Positions 1 through 9,659 of a DNA stretch of 64,000 nt are shown here, one piece after another. The notes below the pieces were generated by a model, which searched no databases, was not told the DNA's origin, and saw only the letters and a list, made by a program, of their open reading frames with translations. Source of the DNA: an uncultured Lachnospiraceae bacterium (GTDB taxonomy: Bacteria > Bacillota > Clostridia > Lachnospirales > Lachnospiraceae); the NCBI GenBank assembly GCA_902766735.1, contig CACXEU010000007.1:62509-126508 (forward strand). The letters are read 5' to 3'. Position 1 is the stretch's first letter, and each line of letters starts with the position of its first letter. The position numbers were made by a program, and so were the translations under genes.

Positions 1-16
1 ACGAAAGGAGAACATT

Positions 17-1528
17 ATGAATCAAAGCATGATGGATGATGGATTTCTTGATGTGTTGGCTGCATATTGGCCTCATATCGCAATCGGCATTTTGGCTATT
101 GCAGTGATTGGAATCATTGTAAGCGGTTATGTGAAGGCTTCGCCGGACACCGCTTACATCATTTCAGGTCTGAGAAAAAAGCCAAAATACTTAATTGGAA
201 AAGCCGGAATTAAAATTCCTTTCTTAGAGAAGAAGGATGAACTCAATTTACGACTGATTCCAATTGATGTGAAAACGGCGAGCAGTGTTCCAACAGCAGA
301 TTACATTAACGTCAATGTGGATGCTGCGGTCAACGTGAAAATCAGCGATAATCCGGAACGATTAAAACTTGCTTCTCAGAACTTTCTGAATAAGGACACG
401 GACTATATTGGTAGTGTCGCAAAAAGTGTTTTGGAAGGTAATACAAGGGAAATCGTTGGTAAGATGAGATTGGAGGAAATGGTTTCCGACCGACAGAAAT
501 TCGCATCTCTTGTAAAAGAAAATGCTGAGCCGGATCTGGCTGCAATGGGACTTGATATTGTAAGTTTCAATGTACAGAACTTCATTGATGAAAATCAGGT
601 CATTGAAAACTTAGGTATTGATAACATTGTTCAGATTCAGAAAACTGCTTCCATAGCAAGAGCTGAAGGGGAAAGAGATATTAAGATTGCCCAGGCAAAA
701 GCGAACAAGGAAGCAAATGATGCAAGCGTTGAATCAGAAAGGCAGATTGCTGAGAGAAACAATGAGCTGAATATTAAGAAGGCCGAATTAAAAAAGGAAG
801 CTGATATTAAACAGGCGGAAGCCGATGCAGCTTATTCCATCCAGCAGGAAGAACAAAGAAAGTCCATTGAAACAACGAAGGCACAGGCTGATATTGCCAA
901 GGAAGAACAGTATGTAATCCTGAAGCAGAAGGAGGCAGCGGTTAAGGAACAGTCTTTGGATGCTGAAATCAGAAAGCAGGCAGAAGCTGAAAAGTTTGCA
1001 AAGCAACAGGCGGCAGAAGCAGAATTATTCCAGAGGAAGAAAGATGCTGAAGCAAAGAAGTACGAATTAGAACAGGAAGCCGAAGGTATCCGCGCAAAAG
1101 GGCTTGCTGAAGCAGAAGCGATTCGTGCAAAGGCTGTGGCTGAAGCAGAAGGTATTGAAAAGAAAGCTGAAGCGATGCAGAAGTATGGGGAAGCTGCTAT
1201 CTTGGAAATGTTCTTTAAGGCATTTCCGGAAGCTGTTAAGAATGCTGCAGAACCATTGTCAGGTATCGATTCCATTACAATGTACGGTTCCGGAAACAAT
1301 GAACAGATGGTTGGTTCCGTTATGAACACAGTGAATCAGGTATCGGATGGAATTAAAGGTTCCACAGGATTAGATTTAAAAGAAATATTAGCTCAGTATA
1401 TGGGTGCACAGTCCTTTGGTAAGGACAAAAACGAAGAAAAGGTTGAGGATGAAAACAATGACATTACAGGAAATTCTGGCAAGAATGAAGAAATTGGGAC
1501 TACTTTCTTAGGAGAAGTAGAAGAGTAA
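17..1528 (+). CDS. Flotillin-like SPFH/Band-7 membrane microdomain protein (FloT/YuaG-like)
   Basis: 503-aa ORF with RBS aaaggag 6 nt upstream. N-terminal hydrophobic segment (IAIGILAIAVIGIIVSGYV), SPFH-like core, and a long A/E/K-rich coiled coil (AEAEAIRAKAVAEAEGIEKKAEAMQKY) typical of bacterial flotillins. Confidence 0.85.
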   Translation: MNQSMMDDGFLDVLAAYWPHIAIGILAIAVIGIIVSGYVKASPDTAYIISGLRKKPKYLIGKAGIKIPFLEKKDELNLRLIPIDVKTASSVPTADYINVNVDAAVNVKISDNPERLKLASQNFLNKDTDYIGSVAKSVLEGNTREIVGKMRLEEMVSDRQKFASLVKENAEPDLAAMGLDIVSFNVQNFIDENQVIENLGIDNIVQIQKTASIARAEGERDIKIAQAKANKEANDASVESERQIAERNNELNIKKAELKKEADIKQAEADAAYSIQQEEQRKSIETTKAQADIAKEEQYVILKQKEAAVKEQSLDAEIRKQAEAEKFAKQQAAEAELFQRKKDAEAKKYELEQEAEGIRAKGLAEAEAIRAKAVAEAEGIEKKAEAMQKYGEAAILEMFFKAFPEAVKNAAEPLSGIDSITMYGSGNNEQMVGSVMNTVNQVSDGIKGSTGLDLKEILAQYMGAQSFGKDKNEEKVEDENNDITGNSGKNEEIGTTFLGEVEE

Positions 1529-1589
1529 CTTCTAAGGGAAAGTAAATGGGTATTATGAAAAACTAAAAAAAACCAATAGGAGTATTTTT

Positions 1590-1625
1590 CCCCCGGTGGC
1601 TCGTGATTAGCACCGGGGGTTTTAT
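1590..1625 (+). terminator. Rho-independent terminator after the flotillin gene
   Basis: GC-rich hairpin cccccggtg (1590-1598) / caccggggg (1611-1619) followed by ttttat. Confidence 0.6.
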
Positions 1626-1758
1626 ATGTTGTTTCAAAGAGAAAAGTGGAAAAGTTGCTTGAAAAGAAAGTGGAAAAAGCATATAGTTGTTAATAGAATG
1701 CTGAGAGGCACAGGATCGGAATGGGTTTAGAGTGGAATAACAAAAAAGGAGAAAAACA

Positions 1759-3615
1759 ATGTTATACCCAATCGAAAACAAAGTCAGGGAAGTGAAAAAC
1801 TTAAGTGGAATCTGGAAGTTCAAAGTGGATGAGAAAAATGTAGGAATGGAAGAAAAGTGGTTTGAAGCACCGTTGGAAGAGTGGATTCCCATGGCGGTTC
1901 CTGCTAGTTATAATGATTTGCTGACAGATCCAAAAGTGAAAGAACATGTAGGATATGTCTGGTACGAAAAGGACTTCATCATTCCAGACAGTTGGGATGG
2001 AAAACGAATGGTATTACGTTTCGGAAGTGCTACTCATCATGCTTATGTTTACGTGGACGGAAAGCAAGTGGTATATCATAAAGGAGGATTCCTTCCTTTT
2101 GAAGCCGATATCACGGAAATGATGGAAAAAAGTAATTTGGAAAACCATCGATTAACGGTAGCGTTAAGCAATGTCCTGGATTGGACCTGCATTCCTTGTG
2201 GAGAAGTGATTTCGAAAGAAGGAGATGGTTATCCGGAAGGGTTTCATTTTCAGGAAACCTATTTTGATTTTTACAATTATTCCGGAATTCACAGACCGGT
2301 AAAAATATATACGACACCGAAAACGTATATTGAAGATATTGTCATCAAGACAATCGTGGAAGGACTAAACAGTAATTGGACGGAAGGACCATTATTGACG
2401 ATTGAAGATTATAAGAAAGTGGAACGAGCTGCATTGCCTGCAGCAGACAGTGCTGTTGTAAAGGTAAAGATTCAGTCGACGGATAGTGTGAAGGCTGTGA
2501 TGATTTTGGATGAAACAGAAGCCGTGATTGCTATGGAAACCTGTTTTCGTTGTACTGAGACAGAGGGGAAAAGAAATTATGAGGCGGAATTGAAACTGGA
2601 AAATCCGAATCTTTGGAATCCGGGAGCTGCCTACTTATATACATTGCGGGTTGAAGGGGAGAGTGATGTTTATTCAGAAACCTTCGGAATCCGTGAAATT
2701 GAAACCACAGAGAACCGCTTTCTGATTAATGGACGACCATTTTATTTCAAAGGTTTTGGTCGTCATGAAGATAGTGAAATTCATGGAAAAGGTTTGGATG
2801 ATGCATTAAACATTCGTGATTTTAATCTGTTGAAATGGCTTGGAGCCAATTCTTTTCGAACTTCTCATTATCCGTATTCAGAAGAACATATGATGTTGGC
2901 GGATCGGGAAGGTTTTGTCGTAATTGATGAAGTACCGGCAGTGGGAATGTGTTTCTGGGATGGACAACAGGTGTTTGGTGGAAATCGTGTAAATGATGAG
3001 ACGCTGAAACATCACCTGGACACATTGCAGGAAGTTTACGAAAGAGATAAGAATCATCCCAGTGTAGTGATGTGGAGTGTAGCCAATGAGGCAGCGACTC
3101 ATGAAGAAGGGGCAGTTCCGTATTTTGAAAAAGTCATTCACAGGATGAAGGAATTGGATGACACCAGACCGGTTACCATGGTTCACACCACTGGTGCAGA
3201 TGGAGACAAGGTTAGCCAGTGGCTGGATGTAATTTGTGTCAATCGCTATTATGCATGGTACACGGATCACAGTCACTTAGAGGTGATTGGACTTCAGTTG
3301 GAAAAAGAAATGAGACGATGGAATGAAAAATATCATAAGCCGATTATTCTCAGTGAGTATGGTGCGGATACCATCGCAGGATATCATAAATTACCGGCAG
3401 TTGCATTCACGGAAGAATTCCAGTGCGAATATTTGAATGAATTTCATAAGAAGTTTGACCAGTTGGATTTTATGATTGGAGAACATGTGTGGGCTTATTG
3501 TGATTTCCAGACGAAGCAGGGATTGAATCGTGTGGATGGAAACAAGAAAGGTGTGTTTACACGAAACAGACAGCCGAAGATGGCGGCATATGAATTGAGA
3601 AAACGATGGAAATAG
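1759..3615 (+). CDS. uidA: GH2 beta-glucuronidase
   Basis: 618 aa, collinear with E. coli GUS as I recall it. Acid/base region WSVANEA, nucleophile region LSEYGAD, and the glucuronide-specific N-K motif NKKGVFTRNRQPK near the C-terminus. RBS aaaaggag upstream. Confidence 0.9.
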   Translation: MLYPIENKVREVKNLSGIWKFKVDEKNVGMEEKWFEAPLEEWIPMAVPASYNDLLTDPKVKEHVGYVWYEKDFIIPDSWDGKRMVLRFGSATHHAYVYVDGKQVVYHKGGFLPFEADITEMMEKSNLENHRLTVALSNVLDWTCIPCGEVISKEGDGYPEGFHFQETYFDFYNYSGIHRPVKIYTTPKTYIEDIVIKTIVEGLNSNWTEGPLLTIEDYKKVERAALPAADSAVVKVKIQSTDSVKAVMILDETEAVIAMETCFRCTETEGKRNYEAELKLENPNLWNPGAAYLYTLRVEGESDVYSETFGIREIETTENRFLINGRPFYFKGFGRHEDSEIHGKGLDDALNIRDFNLLKWLGANSFRTSHYPYSEEHMMLADREGFVVIDEVPAVGMCFWDGQQVFGGNRVNDETLKHHLDTLQEVYERDKNHPSVVMWSVANEAATHEEGAVPYFEKVIHRMKELDDTRPVTMVHTTGADGDKVSQWLDVICVNRYYAWYTDHSHLEVIGLQLEKEMRRWNEKYHKPIILSEYGADTIAGYHKLPAVAFTEEFQCEYLNEFHKKFDQLDFMIGEHVWAYCDFQTKQGLNRVDGNKKGVFTRNRQPKMAAYELRKRWK

Positions 3616-3740
3616 CACGAGACTGTACCCCGTGCCGTATTAGCACGAGATAACATCCCGTGCCGTATTAGCACGAGACAGCATCCCGTGCTGCAATAGC
3701 ACGAGACAGCATCCCATGCCGTATTAGCACGAGACAGCTC
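3614..3740. repeat. 28-bp head-to-tail tandem repeat array, 4 full units plus a partial fifth
   Basis: Units at 3614, 3642, 3670, 3698 and a partial one at 3726. Consensus is agcacgagaNNNNNcccgtgccgtatt. Each unit holds a short internal inverted repeat (gcacg...cgtgc), and the central 5 nt vary between units. The array starts at the last base of the GUS stop codon. Confidence 0.85.
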
Positions 3741-3782
3741 GATTTCGCTTCGCTTCATCTCGCTGATCAAGCGTCGCTTGAT

Positions 3783-3843
3783 CTTTCAAAATAGAAGGCT
3801 CGAGGGATACATAAATGTTCCCTCGAGCCTTCTATTTTGAAAG
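3783..3843. repeat. Perfect 25-bp-stem inverted repeat (hairpin), 11-nt loop
   Basis: ctttcaaaatagaaggctcgaggga (3783-3807) is the exact reverse complement of tccctcgagccttctattttgaaag (3819-3843). It is preceded by a 9-bp hairpin gatcaagcg/cgcttgatc (3765-3783). It may act as a terminator, but there is no clean U-tract. Confidence 0.8.
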
Positions 3844-3944
3844 TCATTCTCGTGCTCATGACAAAAATGTTCAATAAAACTGATTAAATTTGTCACTATG
3901 ATTCTTTGAGGGCATATGTTATAGTACAGATATCCTAAAAAGAA

Positions 3945-4262
3945 TAAGGCGATGAAGAGAAGTAGTAGTTATGGATTGGCTTTCAGAGAGTTGTCGGTTG
4001 GTGCGAGACAATAAGCATGAAATAACGAACTCGTCTCGGAGCTTCCGGCTGAAACTGATTGCATCAGCAAACAGCGTGTAGGCTTGGACGGTTTTCACCG
4101 TTATATGAAGTGATGGTTAAACATCCATGAGTGCTTACCATAAATAAGAAGATCACTAAGGTGTGCATAATTCTTATGATATTATGGTTTGAATCAGAGT
4201 GGTACCGCGTAGTAAAGCTTACGTCTCTGTGTTTTTGTATGAAAACGCAGAGGCGTTTTTCG
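3945..4262 (+). promoter_or_regulatory. T-box leader (tRNA-sensing riboswitch), probable Leu specifier CUC, with terminator
   Basis: Stem I start gcgatgaagagaagta, AG bulge cagagag, distal loop ggtgcga, and a specifier-loop candidate gaa-CTC-g (CTC at 4030-4032). Conserved T-box sequence agagtggtaccgcg at 4196-4209. Terminator acgtctctgtgtttt/aaaacgcagaggcgt (4221-4256) plus T-run. A possible extended -10 tgttatagt lies at 3917-3925. Located directly upstream of leuA. Confidence 0.85.
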
Positions 4263-4310
4263 TTTACAAAGTAAAGAATTAGAGTTAAAATTATAGGTTG
4301 AAAAGGAGAA

Positions 4311-6305
4311 TTGACTATGATGAATTATAAGAAGTATCAAAGACAGTATTTTATGCCTCCTACACCTACCTACGATTGGGTAAAGAAGGAGTATATTACA
4401 GAAGCACCAATTTGGTGTAGTGTAGATTTGCGTGATGGTAATCAGGCATTAATTGAACCGATGAGTTTAGAAGAAAAATTAGAATTCTTTCAGATGTTAG
4501 TGGACATTGGCTTCAAGGAAATTGAAGTTGGATTCCCGGCAGCATCTGAGACGGAATATAAATTTATGAGAGCCTTAATTGAAAGAGATATGATTCCTGA
4601 TGATGTGACCGTTCAGGTTTTAACTCAGGCGAGAGAACATATCATTAAGAAAACATTCGAAGCAGTAAAGGGCGCAAAGCACGCGGTAATTCATCTTTAT
4701 AATTCTACATCTGTAGCACAGCGTGAACAGGTATTTAAGAAGAGTAAAGAAGAAGTTATGAAGATTGCTGTGGACGGAGCAGAATTATTAAAGAAACTTG
4801 CAGAGGAAGTAGAAGGAAACTTCTCCTTTGAATATAGTCCGGAAAGTTTCCCGGGAACAGAAGTTGATTACGCATTAGATGTTTGTAATGCAGTATTGGA
4901 TGTATGGCAGCCAAAAAAAGAAAACAAGGTAATCATTAACATTCCTGCCACTGTGGAAAATGCAATGCCACATGTATTTGCAACACAGGTAGAATATATG
5001 CATAAGAACTTAAAGTATCGTGATGCGGTAACAATTTCCGTACATCCACACAATGACAGAGGCTGTGGTGTGGCAACAGCAGAATTAAGTATTCTTGCAG
5101 GAGCAGACAGAATTGAAGGTACTTTATTTGGAAATGGGGAACGAACAGGTAACGTTGACATTATTACCTTAGCAATGAACATGTTCTCTCATGGTGTTGA
5201 TCCGAAGCTTGACTTCAGTAACATGCCTCAGATTTGTGAATTATATGAACGTGTGACAAGAATGCAGGTAAGTCCACGTCAGCCGTATGCAGGTGATTTA
5301 GTGTTTACTGCCTTCTCCGGCTCTCATCAGGATGCCATTGCAAAGGGTATGGCATGCAGAGAAAAGAATCCGGATGGAATATGGACGGTTCCATATCTTC
5401 CAATTGATCCGGTTGATGTAGGAAGAACTTACGATTCTGATGTAATCAGAATTAACAGCCAGTCCGGTAAGGGTGGCGTAAGCTATATCTTAAAGCAGAA
5501 TTTCGGTTTATCATTACCGGAAAAGATGAGAGAAAATGTCGGATATACTGTTAAGGATGTATCCGATAAAGAACATAAGGAATTATCTCCGGAATGGGTA
5601 CATCAGATTTTCGAGGATAAGTATGTCAACGACAACTCCGTATTCAGTGTTCCGGAAGCACATTTTGAGCAGAAGGATGGCATTGTTGCTGAAGTGACAA
5701 TTGCACGCAAGGATGAAGCAAGAGTCGTTAAGAGCACAGGTAATGGACGTTTAGATGCAGTGAGCAACGCATTTAAGCAGTTCTTTGACATCAGCTATGA
5801 ATTATCCGTTTATGAAGAACATTCACTTTCCAGAGGTTCTTCATCCAAGGCAGTTGCCTATGTGGGAATCAGCTGTAATGGAACCATGTTCTGGGGCGTT
5901 GGAATTGATGCGGATATTATCAAGGCATCCATTCAGGCGTTAACGGTTGCTGTGAATCAGTATTTAACATCCATTGGAAAAAATGGAGAACAGGATGAAA
6001 GGTTAACGGAAATCAAAAATTTTATTAACACCAACTACCTTACGGTGACTTTAGACGAACTTTCAGAGGAATTCCACTTATCTAAGCCGTATCTGTCAAA
6101 GTATATTAAGGCAAAGTCAGGAAAAACCTTTGGTGAGTTGGTGAAAAATGTGCGAATGAAGAAAGCCAGAACACTGCTGAAAGGAAGCAGTATGACGGTG
6201 GAGGCTATTTCTGATGCGGTAGGGTATCAGGATGTGGAACATTTTATCCGGTTATTCAAGAAGAAATACGGAATGACACCGGTTCAGTTTAGAAATCAAA
6301 GATAG
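4311..6305 (+). CDS. leuA: 2-isopropylmalate synthase (long form) fused to a C-terminal AraC/XylS-type double-HTH DNA-binding domain
   Basis: DRE-TIM motifs DLRDGNQ and [11 protein letters not shown], plus a LeuA dimer/regulatory region ending about ...[16 protein letters not shown]. Residues ~565-664 (nt ~5998-6302) read as a complete AraC HTH: [35 protein letters not shown]...[32 protein letters not shown]. The frame is continuous with no stop. Confidence 0.85.
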   Translation: MTMMNYKKYQRQYFMPPTPTYDWVKKEYITEAPIWCSVDLRDGNQALIEPMSLEEKLEFFQMLVDIGFKEIEVGFPAASETEYKFMRALIERDMIPDDVTVQVLTQAREHIIKKTFEAVKGAKHAVIHLYNSTSVAQREQVFKKSKEEVMKIAVDGAELLKKLAEEVEGNFSFEYSPESFPGTEVDYALDVCNAVLDVWQPKKENKVIINIPATVENAMPHVFATQVEYMHKNLKYRDAVTISVHPHNDRGCGVATAELSILAGADRIEGTLFGNGERTGNVDIITLAMNMFSHGVDPKLDFSNMPQICELYERVTRMQVSPRQPYAGDLVFTAFSGSHQDAIAKGMACREKNPDGIWTVPYLPIDPVDVGRTYDSDVIRINSQSGKGGVSYILKQNFGLSLPEKMRENVGYTVKDVSDKEHKELSPEWVHQIFEDKYVNDNSVFSVPEAHFEQKDGIVAEVTIARKDEARVVKSTGNGRLDAVSNAFKQFFDISYELSVYEEHSLSRGSSSKAVAYVGISCNGTMFWGVGIDADIIKASIQALTVAVNQYLTSIGKNGEQDERLTEIKNFINTNYLTVTLDELSEEFHLSKPYLSKYIKAKSGKTFGELVKNVRMKKARTLLKGSSMTVEAISDAVGYQDVEHFIRLFKKKYGMTPVQFRNQR

Positions 6306-6319
6306 AAGGAGGAAGAACT

Positions 6320-7282
6320 ATGAAGAGAGTCAAACTATTGGCAGCGGTATTAATGGTTGTTTTGGTGTTTACAGGTTGCATGAAGGAAGATGCAAAGATT
6401 ATAGTTTCGGAAGATGGCTATGTAACTATGGGGGTAACCGTTGATATTAAGAAAGAAACCTGTGACAAAATTCTGAAAAAAATAAAAGCAAATGGAGATG
6501 AAATATCCAAATCAATTGCAGAAAGTTTTACAAAGGATATGAAGGTTGTCACAATTGATGGCGTAGAATTTTACGAAGCAAAGGAAAGTGAAAAGAAAAC
6601 CTACAAAGAATTCATGAGCACTAATAGTGATGATGGAACTGATGTGTATGTCACAAAAGATACTATCTATATTAACGGTAAGGCTAAGAAAACTTCTATG
6701 ACCGGCGATGTTAATTCTAAGGAGATGGAAGCTATGCTGAAGGCTAGTGGCGTGGATGCCAGTGTGATTAATGAAGCAAAAGATATTAAGCTAACCTATT
6801 CTGTTGAATTTGATAAAAATATTGAAAGTACGAACGGAATCATAGATAAAGATAATCCGAAGAAGGCTAATTATAGCATAACAGAAGGTATCAATGCTTC
6901 ATCTATCACGATTTTTGCGACAACAAATAAGAGCGTTACATTAAAAGACGTTCAGAATTATATTAAGAAAAATCGGACTATTGCAAAACCGATACTTAAA
7001 AAAGTTAAAGCAGATAAATTAAAGAAAAAGACCAAAAAGGCTTCAATTACTGTGAAGTTTAAAAAGGTTAATGGAGCAGAAAAGTATAAGATTGAATATG
7101 CAACAAATAAAAAATTTAAAAACTCAAGGGTAAAAATAACCTCAAAAACAACTTATAAGATTAAAAGACTGAAAAGAGGGAAACGTTATTTTGTCAGAGT
7201 GTATGCAATGAAGAAAAATGATATGGGAAAAGATGTAATCAGTAAGGCAAGCAATAAAAAATCAGTTAAAATAAAGAAATAA
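6320..7282 (+). CDS. Lipoprotein with C-terminal lysine-rich FN3-like module
   Basis: RBS aggaggaag. Signal peptide with lipobox FTGC. C-terminal ITVKFKKVNGAEKYKIEYATNKKFKNSRVKITSKTTYKIKRLKRGKRYFVRVYAMKK matches the FN3-like pattern that recurs elsewhere in the window. Confidence 0.7.
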   Translation: MKRVKLLAAVLMVVLVFTGCMKEDAKIIVSEDGYVTMGVTVDIKKETCDKILKKIKANGDEISKSIAESFTKDMKVVTIDGVEFYEAKESEKKTYKEFMSTNSDDGTDVYVTKDTIYINGKAKKTSMTGDVNSKEMEAMLKASGVDASVINEAKDIKLTYSVEFDKNIESTNGIIDKDNPKKANYSITEGINASSITIFATTNKSVTLKDVQNYIKKNRTIAKPILKKVKADKLKKKTKKASITVKFKKVNGAEKYKIEYATNKKFKNSRVKITSKTTYKIKRLKRGKRYFVRVYAMKKNDMGKDVISKASNKKSVKIKK

Positions 7283-7339
7283 TGTTTTCTCGGAATTGCT
7301 TATTGACAATTCCGGAAAACAATAGTAAGTTATTTATGA

Positions 7340-7500
7340 CTCTTATTCAGAGTGGTGGAGGTACAAGGACCAGTGAAACCACGGCAACCCCCGACAACTG
7401 TTAGGAAGGTGCCAACCTGAGCGAGAAATCGATCAATAAGAGGGCTTAATACCTTGAAACTAAGTCCGCAAGAAATTGCGGACTTTTCTATTTTTATTTT
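7340..7500 (+). promoter_or_regulatory. SAM-I (S-box) riboswitch with terminator expression platform
   Basis: ctcttattcagagtggtggaggtacaaggaccagtgaaaccacggcaacc...ggtgccaacctgagcga...aataagaggg matches the S-box consensus (P1 cttat/ataag, GGTGGAGG, GGCAACC, GGTGC-AA). Terminator agtccgcaagaaattgcggact (7463-7484) plus T-run. Immediately upstream of metK. Confidence 0.9.
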
Positions 7501-7514
7501 TAAAGGAGAAAACA

Positions 7515-8702
7515 ATGGAAAAGAGATTATTTACTTCAGAATCAGTTACCGAAGGACATCCGGATAAAATCTGTGATCAGATTTCCGATGCCATTTTAGA
7601 TGAATTAATGAGACAGGACCCAAACAGCCGTGTTGCCTGCGAGACTGCGATTACCACAGGTCTCGTATTAGTAATGGGTGAAGTTACCACAAAGGGATAT
7701 GTGGATATTCAGAAAGTTGTGAGAGATACTATCCGAGAAATTGGTTATGATAGAGCAAAGTACGGATTTGACTGTGATACCTGTGGTGTCATCACTGCAT
7801 TGGATGAACAGTCAGCAGATATTGCCATGGGTGTTGATAAGGCTTTAGAAGCAAAAGAACATACCATGAGTGAAGATGAAATTGAGGCAATTGGCGCAGG
7901 CGACCAGGGAATGATGTTCGGTTATGCAACAGATGAAACAGAAGAATTCATGCCATATCCGATTTCCTTGGCTCATAAGTTAACAAGAAAATTGACAGAA
8001 GTTCGTAAGAACGGGACGTTGGATTATTTACGTCCGGACGGGAAGAGTCAGGTGACTGTGGAATATGATGAAGACGGAAAGCCGGCTAGAGTGGATGCAG
8101 TTGTTATTTCCACACAGCATAATCCGGAAGTGACACAGGAACAGATTCATGAAGATATTAGAAAATATGTCATTGATGCGGTGATTCCACAGGAAATGGT
8201 TGATGAACATACAAAGTACTTCATTAATCCAACAGGTCGATTTGTTATTGGTGGTCCACAGGGTGACTCAGGATTGACAGGACGTAAAATCATTGTAGAT
8301 ACATACGGTGGATATGCAAGACATGGTGGTGGAGCTTTTTCAGGAAAGGACTGTACGAAGGTAGACCGTTCTGCAGCGTATGCAGCAAGATATGTAGCAA
8401 AGAATATTGTTGCAGCAGGAATTGCAAAGAAGTGTGAAATTCAGCTTTCTTATGCCATTGGTGTAGCTCAGCCAACTTCTATTATGGTGGATACTTTTGG
8501 AACCGGATTAATTTCTGATGAAAAACTGGTGGAAATTATTCGTGAAAACTTTGATCTTCGTCCGGCAGGAATTATTAAGATGCTTAACCTGAGAAGACCA
8601 ATTTATAAGCAGACTGCTGCATACGGACATTTCGGAAGAAGTGATGTTTCTCTGCCATGGGAAGCAACCGATAAAGTGGATGTATTAAAGAGTTATTTAT
8701 AA
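7515..8702 (+). CDS. metK: S-adenosylmethionine synthetase
   Basis: Start chosen at [29 protein letters not shown] (RBS aaaggag upstream). The ORF-track start at 7476 lies inside the riboswitch terminator. Conserved GHPDK and GGGAFSGKD motifs. Confidence 0.95.
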   Translation: MEKRLFTSESVTEGHPDKICDQISDAILDELMRQDPNSRVACETAITTGLVLVMGEVTTKGYVDIQKVVRDTIREIGYDRAKYGFDCDTCGVITALDEQSADIAMGVDKALEAKEHTMSEDEIEAIGAGDQGMMFGYATDETEEFMPYPISLAHKLTRKLTEVRKNGTLDYLRPDGKSQVTVEYDEDGKPARVDAVVISTQHNPEVTQEQIHEDIRKYVIDAVIPQEMVDEHTKYFINPTGRFVIGGPQGDSGLTGRKIIVDTYGGYARHGGGAFSGKDCTKVDRSAAYAARYVAKNIVAAGIAKKCEIQLSYAIGVAQPTSIMVDTFGTGLISDEKLVEIIRENFDLRPAGIIKMLNLRRPIYKQTAAYGHFGRSDVSLPWEATDKVDVLKSYL

Positions 8703-8810
8703 AGAACGAAAAACAAAAAGCAAAACTGGCAGATTGGAACACCCGAATGAATGAGCGCCTCAATACTGCCAGCGAACAATTAAAAACTGCTTTAAAAGAA
8801 AATTATAATT

Positions 8811-9659
8811 TTACTCCGAAGGAGTAATGGATAGTAATTTCAGCAGATAAGGAATTTCTGCTTCGAAATTAACTGCATAAGTAACATGTTCCGGATCCTT
8901 GTAGGTGTTTTTGATACATGCGCAGGTGAAATCTGCAGCAACCTTTAAGGCTTCCTCAATGGAAAGGCCTTTGGTTAATGCTCCGGAAAACGTACTGGAG
9001 AATACATCTCCGGTACCGTGAGAACGATAAGGAATTTTTTCAGTGCCATAATGGAAGAATTCCTTATTTTTTTTATGGTATCCTAAAAATCCTAAGGTAC
9101 CGTCTGAGAAGGAAACACCGGTAATGACCGCAGTATCACATCCTAAGGCAACCAGTTTTTTCAAAAGTTCCTGAAGGAATTCAATGGAAGCATCTTCTCC
9201 AGGATATGGTTCTCCAAGCATTAAGCATGCTTCGGAAATATTTGGAAGGATGATGTTCGCCTTGGCACAGAGTTTTTTCATTTCCTTGGCAAAGTGACTG
9301 TCGAAACCGGGATACAGGACTCCATCTTCTGCCATGGCAGGATCAACCACAATATAGTTGTCTTTGCTGCCAAAAGTGTCAAAGAAATCCGATACAATTT
9401 TAATCTGGCGTTGGGAACCCAGGTAACCGGTATAAATGGTTCCGAATTCAAATCCCTGACTCTTCCAATGATTTTTTATGGGTTCCAAGTCATCTGTTAA
9501 ATCCCGAAAAGTAAAATTTGGAAACTGGGTATGGGTGGAGAGAACCGCTGTTGGAACAATGGCGGTTTCAATGCCCATGGAAGAGATGATCGGTAACGCT
9601 ACAGTTAAAGAACATTTTCCAATGCAGGAAATATCCTGAATGGTCATTAATCGTTTCAT
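8811..9659 (-). CDS. pdxK: Pyridoxal/pyridoxamine kinase (ribokinase superfamily)
   Basis: 282 aa. N-terminus MTIQDISCIGKCSLTVALPIISSMGIE and C-terminal anion-hole motif GTGDVFSS are typical of PdxK/PdxY-type kinases. Divergent from a MocR/PdxR-type regulator. Confidence 0.8.
   Translation of the reverse strand: MKRLMTIQDISCIGKCSLTVALPIISSMGIETAIVPTAVLSTHTQFPNFTFRDLTDDLEPIKNHWKSQGFEFGTIYTGYLGSQRQIKIVSDFFDTFGSKDNYIVVDPAMAEDGVLYPGFDSHFAKEMKKLCAKANIILPNISEACLMLGEPYPGEDASIEFLQELLKKLVALGCDTAVITGVSFSDGTLGFLGYHKKNKEFFHYGTEKIPYRSHGTGDVFSSTFSGALTKGLSIEEALKVAADFTCACIKNTYKDPEHVTYAVNFEAEIPYLLKLLSITPSE

Noticed and set aside
832-1329. 165-aa and 72-aa antisense ORFs inside the flotillin gene
   Set aside because: They lie opposite the A/E/K-rich coiled-coil coding region and are low-complexity S/A/F-rich translations. 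The plus-strand frame has clear flotillin features.
3614-3740. Possible CRISPR array, given regularly spaced 28-bp repeats with partial dyad symmetry
   Set aside because: The units are directly abutted, so the period equals the repeat length and there are no spacers. There are only about 4.4 units and no cas genes in the window. I treat it as a tandem repeat.
3495-3770. 91-aa minus-strand ORF
   Set aside because: Its sequence (SRANTA...VSCY repeated) is simply the translation of the 28-bp tandem array and the GUS 3' end. It has no RBS or independent support.
7476-7514. ORF-track N-terminal extension of metK ([13 protein letters not shown])
   Set aside because: The extension is encoded by the riboswitch terminator U-tract. 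The conserved MetK N-terminus and the RBS support the start at 7515. Analogous upstream extensions were trimmed at 15238, 23035, 24155, 38025, 42115, 55546 and 62268.
8703-8810. Possible terminator between convergent metK and pdxK (ctggcag...ctgccag)
   Set aside because: The stem is only ~7 bp with a long 30-nt loop and no flanking U/A tract, which is too weak to annotate.
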